The notes under the pieces were generated by a model that was not told the origin of the DNA, did no database searches, and was given only the letters and a program-made list of their open reading frames with translations. From the NCBI GenBank assembly GCA_038087875.1, contig JAXLNO010000230.1, positions 372,001 through 436,000 on the forward strand: DNA of 64,000 nucleotides. The letters are read 5' to 3'. Position numbers and translations under genes: made by a program. This document shows positions 50,782-63,600 of the stretch, piece after piece. Position 1 is the first letter of the stretch. Each line of letters begins with the position of its first letter. Origin of the DNA: Malacoraja senta. Its lineage: Eukaryota.

Positions 50782-52810
50782 TAAGGGGTTATTTGTTCAG
50801 GAGACAGTTGAGAAGAAATGTCTTCATCAAGTGGGAAATCTTGCTCTGTACTCAAGACAGCTGTGAAAGCTCAGTCACTGAGTATATTTAAGATAGATGT
50901 TGATTTTTTAGTCATGACGGGAATCAAAGGGTTAGTGCAGGAAGATGTTGCTGATCTTATTGAGCAGACATTGTGGGCCGAATGGCCAGGTCTTGTTATT
51001 TCTTATGGTCAGAAACCTCCCCCACTTTGTTATCTGCTACAATCGTAAGTTGTCTTCAACAGTCAACTGTTGCACCTGTTACAAGCATTTCGCCTCTTAC
51101 CTGAAGAACATTCAGAATAAATTGTTTCCAAAGTATATACAACACAGAAACATTGCCCACCAAGTGTACATTGTTCTTTGCACTGTACTAAGTTGTGGAG
51201 ATATATAAGATGTTTGTTATTATCTTCTCATGTGCGATATTCCTGCATCAATTTAATGAAACATCATGTGAACCAGCTAATGTATTATAAAAATGATGTG
51301 TTTCATGTCAGACAATCTGCTCTTTACTCTCTGAATCTGAGTTCTGAGTCATTTGCACCTCACTGTGTGTAAGGACCGTTTTTGGGGAGTGGGGGACAAT
51401 CAATAACCCATGATAGACACAAAAAAATGAAGTAACTCAGCAGGTCATACATCATCTCCAGAGAAAAGGAATGGGTGACGTTTCGGGTCGAGACCCTTCT
51501 TCAGACTGAGAGCCAGGGGAAAGTCAATAACCAATCATGTTCTACAACGAAGGACGAAGGACTGCCAGATGTTTGGTGAACTATTCTTCATTGTTTGTAA
51601 TCACTCGTGAGGGCTGTTTCAGAATAAATTCCAGTTCTTGAGAATCAAAACTTCATTGAGGGCCAGTACATGGACTGGATTAATTTTATGGCTCATCCTC
51701 TAAACATTAGTACAAGCAAGCTCCGTGTAATGGAGGAGGTGCGTTACTATAAAACGGTCCATATCCTGTTTTTTCCAAGTGCAATATTTGTGCATCTGTT
51801 AAGAAACACGAGTTGAAAAAAACATTGTGTTTATTTAATTTTTTCACTTAAATTGCTTGAGTGAATTTTATTCTAGGGGTATGACACATTTTTGGGTAGT
51901 GACGTGGATTCGTAAGGGCAAATTTCCATAACCCGAAAGGCCATGATGCAGGGGTTGCCTGGAATTAGTTATAACTGGTGAGACCACTAGCACTAATCCA
52001 CAGTTTATATTATTCTGGTTAAACATGTAGGTGTGGCTGTCCACTCCGCAGCATTCATAGCATTTTTCATCTTGTGTCATCAAGAACAACTCCCATATGG
52101 TAAAACTCTGTGTACATAAAGGAGAACATGCTTGAAGCTGCAGGAAATATTGATTGCTGTGAATTTTCAAATGAAAGAGACTGATGCAGTCATTAGCTTA
52201 AAGCAAAATACTGAATATGTTGTAACTCCAATACAATTGCAGAAACAGTGGGATATGTTCAGCAAATCATGCAATATTTATGAAGGCAACCTAATGAAAG
52301 TTCAACAAAGTATTCCCAATATAGACACAAAATGCTGGAGTAACTCAGCAGATAAGGTAGCATCTCAGAGACTCAGTCTTATGAAGGATCTCGACCCGAA
52401 ACATCACCTATTCCTATCTCCAGAGCGTCTCTGCGGTGCTGGAGTTACTCCAGCATTTTGTGTCTATCTTCGGTGTAAACCAGCATCTGCAATTCCTTCT
52501 TAAGCAAAGTACTCCCAATATTTTCTGGGATTTTTTACAAAGATTCAATCAGACACTGTACATCCCATATCTTTACCTGAAGATTTTATGTAGTTAAAAT
52601 TGTTGGATTGTATCATTTGCGTCAATGTTTTAGTTTCTTATTGAGGGCATTCTAAGGGGAGATCGAAGCTGGGCCAGGGAAAAGCTGGTGGCATGAGAGG
52701 CTGCAACAATAAAAGGATTGTTATTTTATTGTATGAGATGATTATGTGTATACAGATGTTGAACAATCAAAGTGTGCTTTTGACACATAATCTATTATTT
52801 CAAAATCTTA

Positions 52811-53107
52811 AGGCCCTGTCCCACGATGCGAGTTTACCCAAGAGCTCTCCCGAGTAAAAATAAATAAATCAAACTCGTGGTAAGTACGTAGAATGTACGT
52901 AGCGGCTACGTCGGAGCTCGTGGATGTCTCGTAGCGCTCGTAATGCTAACGGCAGGTACTTAGGAAACGCGGTAACTCGTGACGTTTTTTCAACAGTGTG
53001 AAAATTTTCCAAGTGTAAAAAAATACACGTGATGAAGTACCACGAGTTTGATTTTTTTTTTAACTCGGGACAGCTCTTGGGTAAACTCGCATCGTGGGAC
53101 AGGGCCT
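52811..53107. mobile_element. PIF/Harbinger-type MITE
   Basis: ~70-bp TIR beginning AGGCCCTGTCCCACGATGCGAGTTTACCCAAGAGCT, with a TTA duplication on both sides. Confidence 0.9.
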
Positions 53108-53231
53108 TTAGAGTGTAGTGCTCATTTCAATTTTATCTCAAATATTTCACTCTAATGTTGTGATACAAGGTTACGAGTGGCATGTTAATAACAATAAAAA
53201 AACATGTTATTTTTTATCTTGACTTTTGTAG

Positions 53232-53351
53232 AGTAAAAATTGCTTGGAGCTTGGTCCTCCAGCGGAGGGAGAAGTCGTCCAGGTGAGATGGACTGATGGA
53301 CTACTCTACGGTGCCAAATTTGTATCATCTAACATCATTTACATGTACCAG
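53232..53351 (+). CDS. KDM4C: KDM4C-like internal exon, middle of the double Tudor domain
   Basis: A TTTTGTAG acceptor precedes a 120 nt phase-0 exon with a GTAAGT donor. It translates [40 protein letters not shown] and continues in frame from the exon ending at 14688. It is not in the ORF track. Confidence 0.93.
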
Positions 53352-54974
53352 GTAAGTCATGTTTGGCACGGATCGAGTCATGACAAATATTTACATTTTT
53401 GAACGACTTATGAGTGGGTTGATTGATTTTAGAGGATCCTCCTGTTACTTTGTTCTGTCCAGGCCAAAGTTAGCAAAACAATCTGCACATAATTCTTTAA
53501 TGAGTAATTTAATGTCTTTATGAAACTTGTTTCAATTTGCAAATACTTTTTAAATTGATCAATTATAAATGTTCAGTATGAAAAGGTTTAAAGTACAATA
53601 ATTGCATGCCACCAGCCAGATGATATTTTTGATGTTGTGCACACGTGTTTTATGCCAAGGGCCATATTTTGAAGTATAGAGCAGTTAGAGTAGGATGGTT
53701 AAAAATAATTTAAAAATTACAGGGAGCATTCAACAGTCAAGAGAGTCAAGAGTGTTTTATTGTGATAGGAAAATGAATTCTTACTTGCAGCAGCACAACA
53801 GATATGTAAACACAGTAATCTTAAACACCATAATAAAAAAACAAAAAAGTTCAATGTGAATATAAAAACACACAGTAATAGTACAAAGCTTATGTAGTCA
53901 GGAGCTTAGTTGGAGGTTGCAGTATTTAATAGCCTTTGCTTGTTGGGAAGAACCTGCTCTTCAATCTAGATGTTACAGTTTTCAGGCTCCTTATACCTTC
54001 TTCCCGATGGCGGGAGTGAAATGACCATGTGGGCAGGATTATGTGTTCATTCACCAGGTCAAGCAGCATCTGTGGAAAGAGAAACATATTTAATTTTCAG
54101 ACCCTTTATTGGAACTGAGAGAATGAGAAAAGTTTTAAATTGTGGGGAGTTGGGGAAGGATGGCTAAGCAGGGAGTATCTTCAATAGGGTGAGTCGAGGG
54201 TTACTAAGCTAATTCCTCTGTTAATGAGAAGGTTGATTGATACCCTCTGTTATTGAGAAGGTTGATTGATAAAATACTGGGAGAAAGGCAATAAACAAAT
54301 GGACGTGTGAAAGCTGTTGCAAGTCAGAACTGAAAAACTAATGACCAGTAGAATAGCCAGTGTGCAGAGACAGAGAAAAAATGAGCTCATATTGCAAGTG
54401 TCTATAATTTCACAGCAGAACTTGTCATTTCTTGCACAAACAAAACAAAAAAAACATTTTTTCTGAAATTCAGTTTTGAATCCAGAAAGCAGCAACATGT
54501 CCACATGGAAAATGAGGTGCTGTTGCTCAGGGTTTCAATGGGGCTCCTGGAACTGGTACAGGAGGCCATGGACAGAAATATTGGAGTGGGATGAAGAATT
54601 AAAGTGACAGGAAATTTCCTGAATGGTGGAAAGGGAAGAGGTGAAAGGGCAGATGTTGCATTTCTTGAAGGTTGACTTGGTTTTTTTTAACCATCCTGCT
54701 GTAACTCTGCTCCACACTTCAAAATATGGCCCTTGGCATGGAAAGCGTGTGCACATCAAAAAGACCGACTAGCTAATTGCATGCAATTATTGTAATTTAA
54801 ATGTGATGGGGAGTGATAGGTGGAGATAGACAAGTGAACCGGTGAGTGACATAAGGAATGCCCCTTTGAAATGCTGAAGAGGAGGAGAGAAGGTTCTTGG
54901 ATCTAATCAGTTCATTTGGGGAAGTGATTAGCTGGCACTTGGAGAAGGCAAAAGCAGGTTGGTTTAACAACAAA

Positions 54975-55325
54975 GTTCATAGGAGCAGAATTTGGCCATT
55001 TGGCCCATCAAGTCTACACCGCCATTCTACTATGGCTGATCTATATTTCTAGCTCAACCCCATTCTCCTGCCTTCTCCCCATAACCCATGTCACCTGTAC
55101 TAATCAAGAATCCATCAATCTCTGCCTTAAAAATATCCATTGACGGCCTCCACAGCCTTTGTGGCAATGAATTCTACAGATTCACCACCCTCCGACTGAA
55201 GAAATTCCTCCTTGTCTCGTTTCTAAAGGTACGTCCTTTCATTCTGAGGCTCTGGCCTCTGGTCCTAGACTCTCCCACTAGCGGAAACATCCTCTCCACG
55301 TCCACGCTTTCCGAAGCCTTTCACT
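54975..55325 (-). mobile_element. CR1 3' fragment within decayed Penelope-like sequence (~54040-55480)
   Basis: CR1 3' UTR and RVVNL motif on the minus strand. The flanks contain gaggaacaactgctcatcttgcatctggg, which resembles the Penelope C-terminus. Confidence 0.7.
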
Positions 55326-55911
55326 ATTACAAAGTGACCCTGAGCTTCTAAATTACTCTCACTTTGATTCCCAATTCCCCTCTGACCTCTCTGTCTGTGC
55401 CCTACAACGAGGCCAAATGTAACCCTGAGGAACAACTGCTCATCTTGCATCTGGGCATTTTGTAGCTCTCAGAATTCAAATTTCAGATATTTATATCTGT
55501 TTGCATAGCACCGGCCAATTCCATTGTACTGGTAGTTTGTAGGGAGGAATTGCAGATGCTGGTTTACACTGAAGAGAGACATAAAATGCTGGAGTAACTC
55601 AGCCAGACAGGCAGCATGTCTGGATAGAAGGAATGGGTGACTTTTCGGGTCTCAACCCGAAACGTCACCCATTCCTCCTATCCAGAGATGCTGCCTATCC
55701 CACTGAGTTACTCCAGCATTTTGTGTCTTTCCACTGAATTGGTATCTGTTTGCAATATTAGCTCAGTAATTTTTCTTTCTCCACAGAAAGTAAGTGATAC
55801 TTTGGGCATTTCTAGAATTATTTTGTTAAGGTCTTGGCAACAGCTCTGACCTGCTATTACATGTCCCTTTGTTTGATTTCTCTCTCTCTGAATGGTAGCA
55901 TAGTGGCACAA

Positions 55912-56152
55912 GGGCAGCACAGTGTCACAGCTGGAAAAGCTGCTGCCTCACACCAACAGAGATCCAGGTTCAATCCTGACTTCAGGTGCTGTCTGTGTAG
56001 ATTTTGCACGTTCTCCCTGTGACCACATGGGTTTTCTCTGGGTGCTCCAGTTTCCTCCCACATCCCAAAGGTCAATTAGCCTCTATATATTGCCCTGAGT
56101 GGTTGGCATGGATTCAGTGGGCCAAAGGGCCATTTTCAAGCTGTATCTCTAG
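55912..56152 (+). mobile_element. tRNA-derived V-SINE (HE1-like)
   Basis: tRNA-like head with B-box GGTTCAATCC, V-domain tttgcacgttctccctgtgacc...ggtgctccagtttcctcccaca, and a CR1-like tail. Other decayed copies lie at ~56540-56690 (-) and ~57283-59110 (split by Tc1). Confidence 0.8.
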
Positions 56153-57397
56153 ATATTTACTTTGTCCCATCCCCCAGCCCCTCTGCAACGAAGCTATTTA
56201 TTTATTTTTTCTGATCCGACGAAGGATCTTGATCCTGAAATATTGATTCTTTTTCTCTTTCCACGGAATCTGTCTCACCATCTGACTGTTTCCAGCAATT
56301 CTGATTTCATTTCAGACTTCCAGCATCTGCAGCCCTTTGATTTTTTATAGACTAGGATAATACTGGATCATGATCAAAAAGGTTGTGGGGATAAAGGGGG
56401 AAAATAACAAGGGGAAAGATTGGTACTTACTAGGATGTAGGAGACTACTGATTGACTCATCTCACCATACCAGTTTCCAGAAAAAAAAACCTTATTTCCA
56501 TGTACCGCAGCAAACTTTTCTCCCCTTTTATTTATTTTTATCACCACACGAAGGGTAAATTCATAATATCCAATGAGTATGTATTTTGGATGTTTGAGGA
56601 ATCCATATGGTCACAGAGAGGGCATGTAAACTCCACACATACAACTCAAGAATCAAACTGCTTCCTTGGAGCAGTGAGACAGCAGTGTTAACTTTGAGAG
56701 GAGTGTGTGAGCAGTGAGCACTGCCTGTGAAACCCTGCAATGTTGGAAGCGTGCTGACTGAGCATAAGTTATCAATCATGGCTGAATTACAGCATCAGAT
56801 AATAGTGAAGCCAAAAAGTCCTTTACATCTGGTTAATTATTGACATCACTATAAATTTTGCAGGCAAATGAAGTACTGAAATAATACAAAGGATGGTGTC
56901 GGACGTCAATGACATAATGTTCACCTAATTTCTCAGCTTCAAATAGTGAAAAAAAATAATGCCCAACTGAGCTGTCAGATAATACTGATGTAAACCCTAT
57001 CTAAAGTTCCATCAATGCACCAACAATGCAGAATAATACTTATAATGCACAACGTGACAACCTAGAGTATGTGTTAAAGTCCTGGACTCTACTTGACCAA
57101 TCGATCTTGTGATTCAGAAACAAATATGTTATCACTGACTCAAGACAGAGTAGCCATAATGAGAAGGATTTATAGTCCTGGATATCGGACACCTGCTTGT
57201 TTTGAATTTGAAGTAAACTATCACTGACAATGATGTTGCTTCCCAAAACTTCTCAGAACTATGAGGACAGCAGAGCAGTCACTGTGTCACTGCACAGTTC
57301 CAGCAACCCAGGTTCAATCCTTAACTTGGGCATTGTTTTTGCAGAGATTGCATGTTCTTCACGAAACCATTGGCCACTCTAAATTGTCCCTAACGTA

Positions 57398-59015
57398 CAG
57401 TGGCTTGCAAAAGTATTCATACCCCTTGAACTTTTCCACATTTTGTCACGTTACAACCACAAACGTAAATGTATTTTATTGGGATTTTATGTGATAGACC
57501 AACACAAAGTGGCGCATAATTGTGAAGTGGAAGGAAAATGATACATGGTTTTCAAATTTTTTTACAAATAAAAAACTGAAAAGTGTCGCGTGCAAATGTA
57601 TTCAGCCCCCTTTACTCTGATACCCCTAAATAAAATCCAGTGCAACCAATTGCCTTCAGAAGTCACCTAATTAGTAAATAGAGTCCACTTGTGTGTAATC
57701 TAATCTCAGTATAAATACAGCTGTTCTGTGAAGGCCTCAGAGGTTTGTTAGAGAACATTAGTGAACAAACAGCATCGTGAAGCCCAAGGAACACACCAGA
57801 CAGGTCAGGGATAAAGTTGTGGAGAAGTTTAAAGCAGGGTTAGGTTATAAACAAATATCCCAAGCTTTGAACATCTCACGGAGCACTGTTCAATCCATCA
57901 TCCGAAAATGGAAAGAGTATGGCACAACTGCAAACCTACCAAGGCATGGCCGTCCACCTAAACTGACAGGCCGGGCAAGGAGAGCATTGTTCAGAGAAGC
58001 AGCCAAGAGGCCCATGGTAACTCTGGAGGAGCTGCAGAGATCCACAGCTCAGGTGGGAGAATCTGTCCACAGGACAACTATTAGTCGTGCACTCCACAAA
58101 TCGGGCCTTTATGGAAGAGTGGCAAGAAGAAAGCCATTGTTGAAAAAAAGCCATAAGAAGTCCCGTTTGCAGTTTGCCACAAGCCATGTGGGGGACACAG
58201 CAAACATGTGGAGGAAGGTGCTCTGGTCAGATGAGACTAAAATTGAAGTTTTTGGCCTAAATGCAAAACGCTATGTGTGGCGGAAACCTAACACTGCACA
58301 TCGCCCTGAACACACCATCCCCACTGTGAAACATGGTGGTGGCAGCATCATGCTGTGGGGATGCTTTTCTTCGGCAGGGACAGGGAAGCTGGTCAGAGTT
58401 GATGGGAAGATGGATGGAGCCAAATACAGGGCAATCTTGGAAGAAAGCCTGTTAGAGTCTGCAAAAGACTTGAGACTGGGGCGGAGGTTCACCTTCCAGC
58501 AGAACAACGACCCTAAACATACAGCCAGAGCTACAATGGAATGGTTTAGATCAAAGCATATTCATGTGTTAGAATGGCCCAGTCAAAGTCCAGACCTAAA
58601 TCCAATTGAGAATCTCTGGCAAGACTTGAAAATTGCTGTTCACAGACGCTCGCCATCCAATCTGACTGAGCTTGAGCTATTTTGCAAAGAAGAATGGGCA
58701 AAAATTTCAGTCTCTAGATGTGCAAAGCTGGTAGAGACATACCCCCAAAAGACTTGCAGCTGTAATTGCAGCGAAAGGTGGTTCTACTAAGCATTGACTC
58801 AGGGGGGCTGAATACTTTTGCACGCAACACTTTTCAATTTTTTATTTGTAAACAAATTTGAAAACCATGTATCATTTTCCTTCCACTTCACAATTATGCG
58901 CCACTTTGTGTTGGTCCATCACATAAAATCCCAATAAAATACATTTACGTTTGTGGTTGTAACGTGACAAAATGTGGAAAAGTTCAAGGGGTATGAAAAC
59001 TTTTGCAAGCCACTG
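57398..59015 (+). mobile_element. Full-length Tc1 (IR/DR type, DD34E family) DNA transposon, 1618 bp
   Basis: TA|CAGTGGCTTGCAAAAG ... CTTTTGCAAGCCACTG|TA, with ~215-bp TIRs containing inner and outer direct repeats. Confidence 0.97.
57777..58796 (+). pseudogene. Tc1 transposase, inactivated
   Basis: Paired-like HTH, GRPPK, WSDETK, FQQNNDPKH (expected QQDNDPKH) and SPDLNPIENLW. The start codon is GTG and there is a frameshift at the C run near 58742. Confidence 0.92.
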
Positions 59016-60641
59016 TAGGTGCTGGCAGGAGAACCAGGGGGAATTGTTGGGCATTGGAGAGGGATAAGTTACAGGGAAATAATTAGGAGAATAGGACTGA
59101 TTCATGTAAGGATTGCCTGAAATGGCATTGAACTGTAGTACCTGATATTGTTACATTATATGGTGATTCAGGAAATAAAATCTTTCCCTGTTTTTAAGAA
59201 AATGTCTTTGTGTACATGGACTTTGAAGGCCAGAATACAGTGTGTATGTTAGATTACAATATTTCATTGCATTCATTTGATGCTACAAATTCAACAAATG
59301 TGTTATGCACAGGCATGTCGCAGGCAGCATTAGTTACCAGGATTTTGCACAGTTAACTTGGCATAGAATTCGCATTGTGGTAATACATTGTGAACCTACT
59401 TGGCATTTTACCATGTAACTAGATGTCACAAGAGAGTAACATATGTAGGTCACATCATCAATCTTTTATGCTCTCTCCAGCTTTGAATCTTGCCAAGGAT
59501 TGAAAATGCAGTTTAGTTTGGGAGTTTTTCTGTACAAAAATGTAGCGTTTCATTTTTGCATAAGTCTTTGAAGAAACCACTTCTGTATTGTAATGGTTTC
59601 TAAAAAGACAGGTGAGAGTAAGTGTTTGAAAGAACATCTTGCTCACCCAATAGTAGCCACACCTTGCCACTTTGGGGTGGGGTGATGCTTTACTAGACCA
59701 GTGTGAGCTAAGGTACGAATGACAGGTTATTTGTTTGAACTTCGTAAAGATGTTGGCACAGAAAGGGAGTAGTGGTTGGGTGATGATTATAGCACCTATA
59801 ATTTTGTTCATACTGTAATTGAAAAAATAATGGTATAAACAAGCAATTTATTCTCCAGCTGTGTATCTTTATCAATCTACAAGGAAAATACTAATTTTCA
59901 AAGAATGAGTCAAAAATATTTGTTTGCTGCCCCGTCCATATTATTCCACAAACTCTGTTCAACAACAACACCGTATCTTGCAATTCATTATTAATCACAA
60001 TGAAGACTTTTTGGTTTGTCTACTTGACAGGTCATATTTAAATAGAAAGTTAATATCCTCACACTGTGCCTGGTCATTATTTGCTAATGGTTTTCTTTTA
60101 AAGAACTAACCTAAATGGGAAAATATGTAAGTGCTGTTACATTTTCAATGTAATCCGTTTCTATTGTAAATTAACTGCACAGCGTATCGAGGTCCATTTA
60201 ACAAAAAGGTGCATAATCTTTATTAAACATTTGTTAAGAGTTGTATTTGCACCTCAGTTTGTAATACCATACAACCTGTGCATCCAAGAGCCCATTTGTG
60301 TATACCTGCATGCAGGATTCATTGTGATATTACTACAGTTGAAGCTTTTGACTGCGTTAGAGTATTTTCTGTTGCTATGGTACTGCTGACATGTGGGTTT
60401 AGTCCATTGTACTCCCGAGCTCCTGTTGTAAATGTGTGACTATGCCAAGTTTTTAGCTGTTGGAATGTGAGGGAGTCATTACTGGTTCAAAAGCTAGCAC
60501 AAAGGAAAACCACATCACTCCGTCTTATCATGCATTTTTTTACACTATCGTACATTTTTGCTGACAATGTATCAGTGTAATATTCACATTAATGTACTCA
60601 TTCGATAGCATCAGTTTCATGAGATCTACATTTATACACTT

Positions 60642-63600
60642 ACATAGATACATAGAAAATAGGTGCAGGAGTAGGCCATTCGGCCCTTCGAGCCTGCACC
60701 GCCATTCAATATGATCATGGCTGATCATCCAACTCAGTATCCCGTACCTGCCTTCTCTCCATACCCCCTGATCCCCTTAGCCACAAGGGCCACATCTAAC
60801 TCCCTCTTAAATATAGCCAATGAACTGGCCTCAACTACCCTCTGTGGCAGAGAGTTCCAGAGATTCACCACTCTCTGTGTGAAAAAGTTTTTCCTCATCT
60901 CGGTCTTAAAGGATTTCCCCCTTATCCTTAAGCTGTGACCCCTTGTCCTGGACTTCCCCAACATCGGGAACAATCTTCCTGCATCTAGCCTGTCCAACCC
61001 CATAAGAATTTTGTACGTTTCTATAAGATCCCCTCTCAATCTCCTAAATTCTAGCGAGTATAAGCCAAGTCTATCCAGTCTTTCTTCATATGAAAGTCCT
61101 GACATCCCAGGAATCAGTCTGGTGAACCTTCTCTGCACTCCCTCTATGGCTATAATGTCCTTCCTCAGATTTGGAGACCAAAACTGTACGCAATACTCCA
61201 GGTGTGGTCTCACCAAGACCCTGTACAACTGCAGTAGAACCTCCCTGCTCCTATACTCAAATCCTTTTGCTATGAAAGCTAACATACCATTCGCTTTCTT
61301 CACTGCCTGCTGCACCTGCATGCCTACTTTCAATGACTGGTGTACCATGACACCCAGGTCTCGCTGCATCTCCCCATTTCCTAATCGGCCACCATTTAGA
61401 TAATAGTCTGCTTTCCTGTTTTTGCCACCAAAGTGGATAACATCACATTTATCCACATTATACTGCATCTGCCAAACATTTGCCCACTCACCCAGCCTAT
61501 CCAAGTCACCTTGCAGTCTCCTAGCATCCTCCTCACAGCTAACACTGCCCCCCAGCTTAGTGTCATCCGTAAACTTGGAGATGTTGCCTTCAATTCCCTC
61601 ATCCAGATCATTAATATAAATTGTAAATAGCTGGGGTCCCAGCACTGAGCCTTGCGGTACCCCACTAGTCACTGCCTGCCATTCTGAAAAGGACCCGTTT
61701 ACTCCTACTCTTTGCTTCCTGTTTGCCAGCCAGTTCTCTATCCACATCAATACTGAACCCCCAATACCGTGTGCTTTAAGTTTGTATACTAATCTCTTAT
61801 GTGGTACCTTGTCGAAAGCCTTCTGAAAGTCCAGATACAACACATCCACTGGTTCTCCCCTATCCACTCTACTAGTTACATCCTCGAAAAATTCTATAAG
61901 ATTCGTCAGACATGATTTACCTTTCATAAATCCATGCTGACTTTGTCCAATGATTTCACCACTTTCCAAATGTGCTGCTATCCCATCTTTAATAAGTGAC
62001 TCTAGCAGTTTCCCCACTACCGATGTTAGACTAACTGGTCTGTAATTCCCCGTTTTCTCTCTCCCTCCCTTCTTAAAAAGTGGGGTTACGTTTGCTACCC
62101 TCCAATCCTCAGGAACTACTCCAGAATCTAAAGAGTTTTGAAAAATTATCACTAATGCATCCACTATTTCTGGAGCTACTTCCTTAAGTACTCTGGGATG
62201 CAACCTATCTGGCCCTGGTGATTTATCGGCCTTTAATCCATTCAATTTACACAACACCACTTCCCGACTAACCTGGATTTCACTCAGTTCCTCCATCTCC
62301 TTTGACCCGCGGCCCCCTGCTATTTCCGGCAGATTATTTATGTCTTCCTTAGTGAAGACGGAACCAAAGTAGTTATTCAATTGGTCCGCCATATCCTTGT
62401 TCCCCATGATCAATTCACCTGTTTCTGACTGCAAGGGACCTACATTTGTTTTAACTAATCTCTTTCTCTTCACATATCTATAAAAAGTTTTGCAGTCAGT
62501 TTTTATGTTCCCTGCCAGTTTCCTTTCATAATCTATTTTCCCTTTCCTAATTAAGCCCTTTGTCCTCCTCTGCAGGTCTCTGAATTTCTCCCAGTCCTCT
62601 GGTATGCTGCTTTTTCTGGCTAATTTGTACGCATCATCTTTTGCTTTGATACTATCCCTGATTTCCCTTGTTATCCACGGATGCACTACCTTCCCTGATT
62701 TATTCTTTTGCCAAACTGGGATGAACAATTTTTGTAGTTCATCCATGCAGTCTTTAAATGCCTTCCATTGCATATCCACCGTCAACCCTTTTAGAACTAA
62801 TTGGCAGTCAATCTTGGCCAATTCACGTCTCATACCCTCAAAGTTACCTTTCTTTAAGTTCAGAACCGTTGTTTCTGAATTAACAATGTCACTCTCCATC
62901 CTAATGAAGAACTCAACCATATTATGGTCACTCTTGCCCAAGGGGGCACGCACAACAAGACTGCTAACTAACCCTTCCTCATTACTCAATACCCAGTCTA
63001 GAATAGCCTGCTCTCTCGTTGGTTCCTCTAAATGTTGGTTTAGATAACTATCCCGCATACATTCCAAGAAATCCTCTTCCTCAGCACCCCTGCCAATTTG
63101 ATTCACCCAATCTATATGTAGATTGAAGTCACCCATTATAACTGTTTTGCCTTTGTTGCACGCATTTCTAATTTCCTGTTTGATGCCATCCCCAACTTCA
63201 CTACTACTGCTAGGTGGCCTGTACACAACACCCACCAGCGTTTTCTGCCCCATAGTGTTTCGCAGCTCTACCCATACCGATTCCACATCCTCCAAGCTAA
63301 TGTCCTTCCTTTCCACTGCGTTAATCTCCTCTCTAACCAGCAACGCTACCCCACCTCCTTTTCCTTTCTCTCTATCCCTCCTGAATATTGAATATCCCTG
63401 GATGTTCAGCTCCCAGCCTTGGTCACCCTGGAGCCATGTCTCCGTGATCCCAACTATATCATAATCATTAATTGCTATCTGCACGTTCAACTCGTCCACC
63501 TTATTACGAATGCTCCTTGCATTGAGACACAAAGCATTCAGGCTTGTTTTTACAACGCTCTTACCCCTTATACAATTATGTTGAAAAGTGGCCCTTTTTG

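Noticed and set aside
55912..55990. tRNA gene
   Set aside because: The B-box-like motif is part of a degenerate SINE head and no cloverleaf can be formed.
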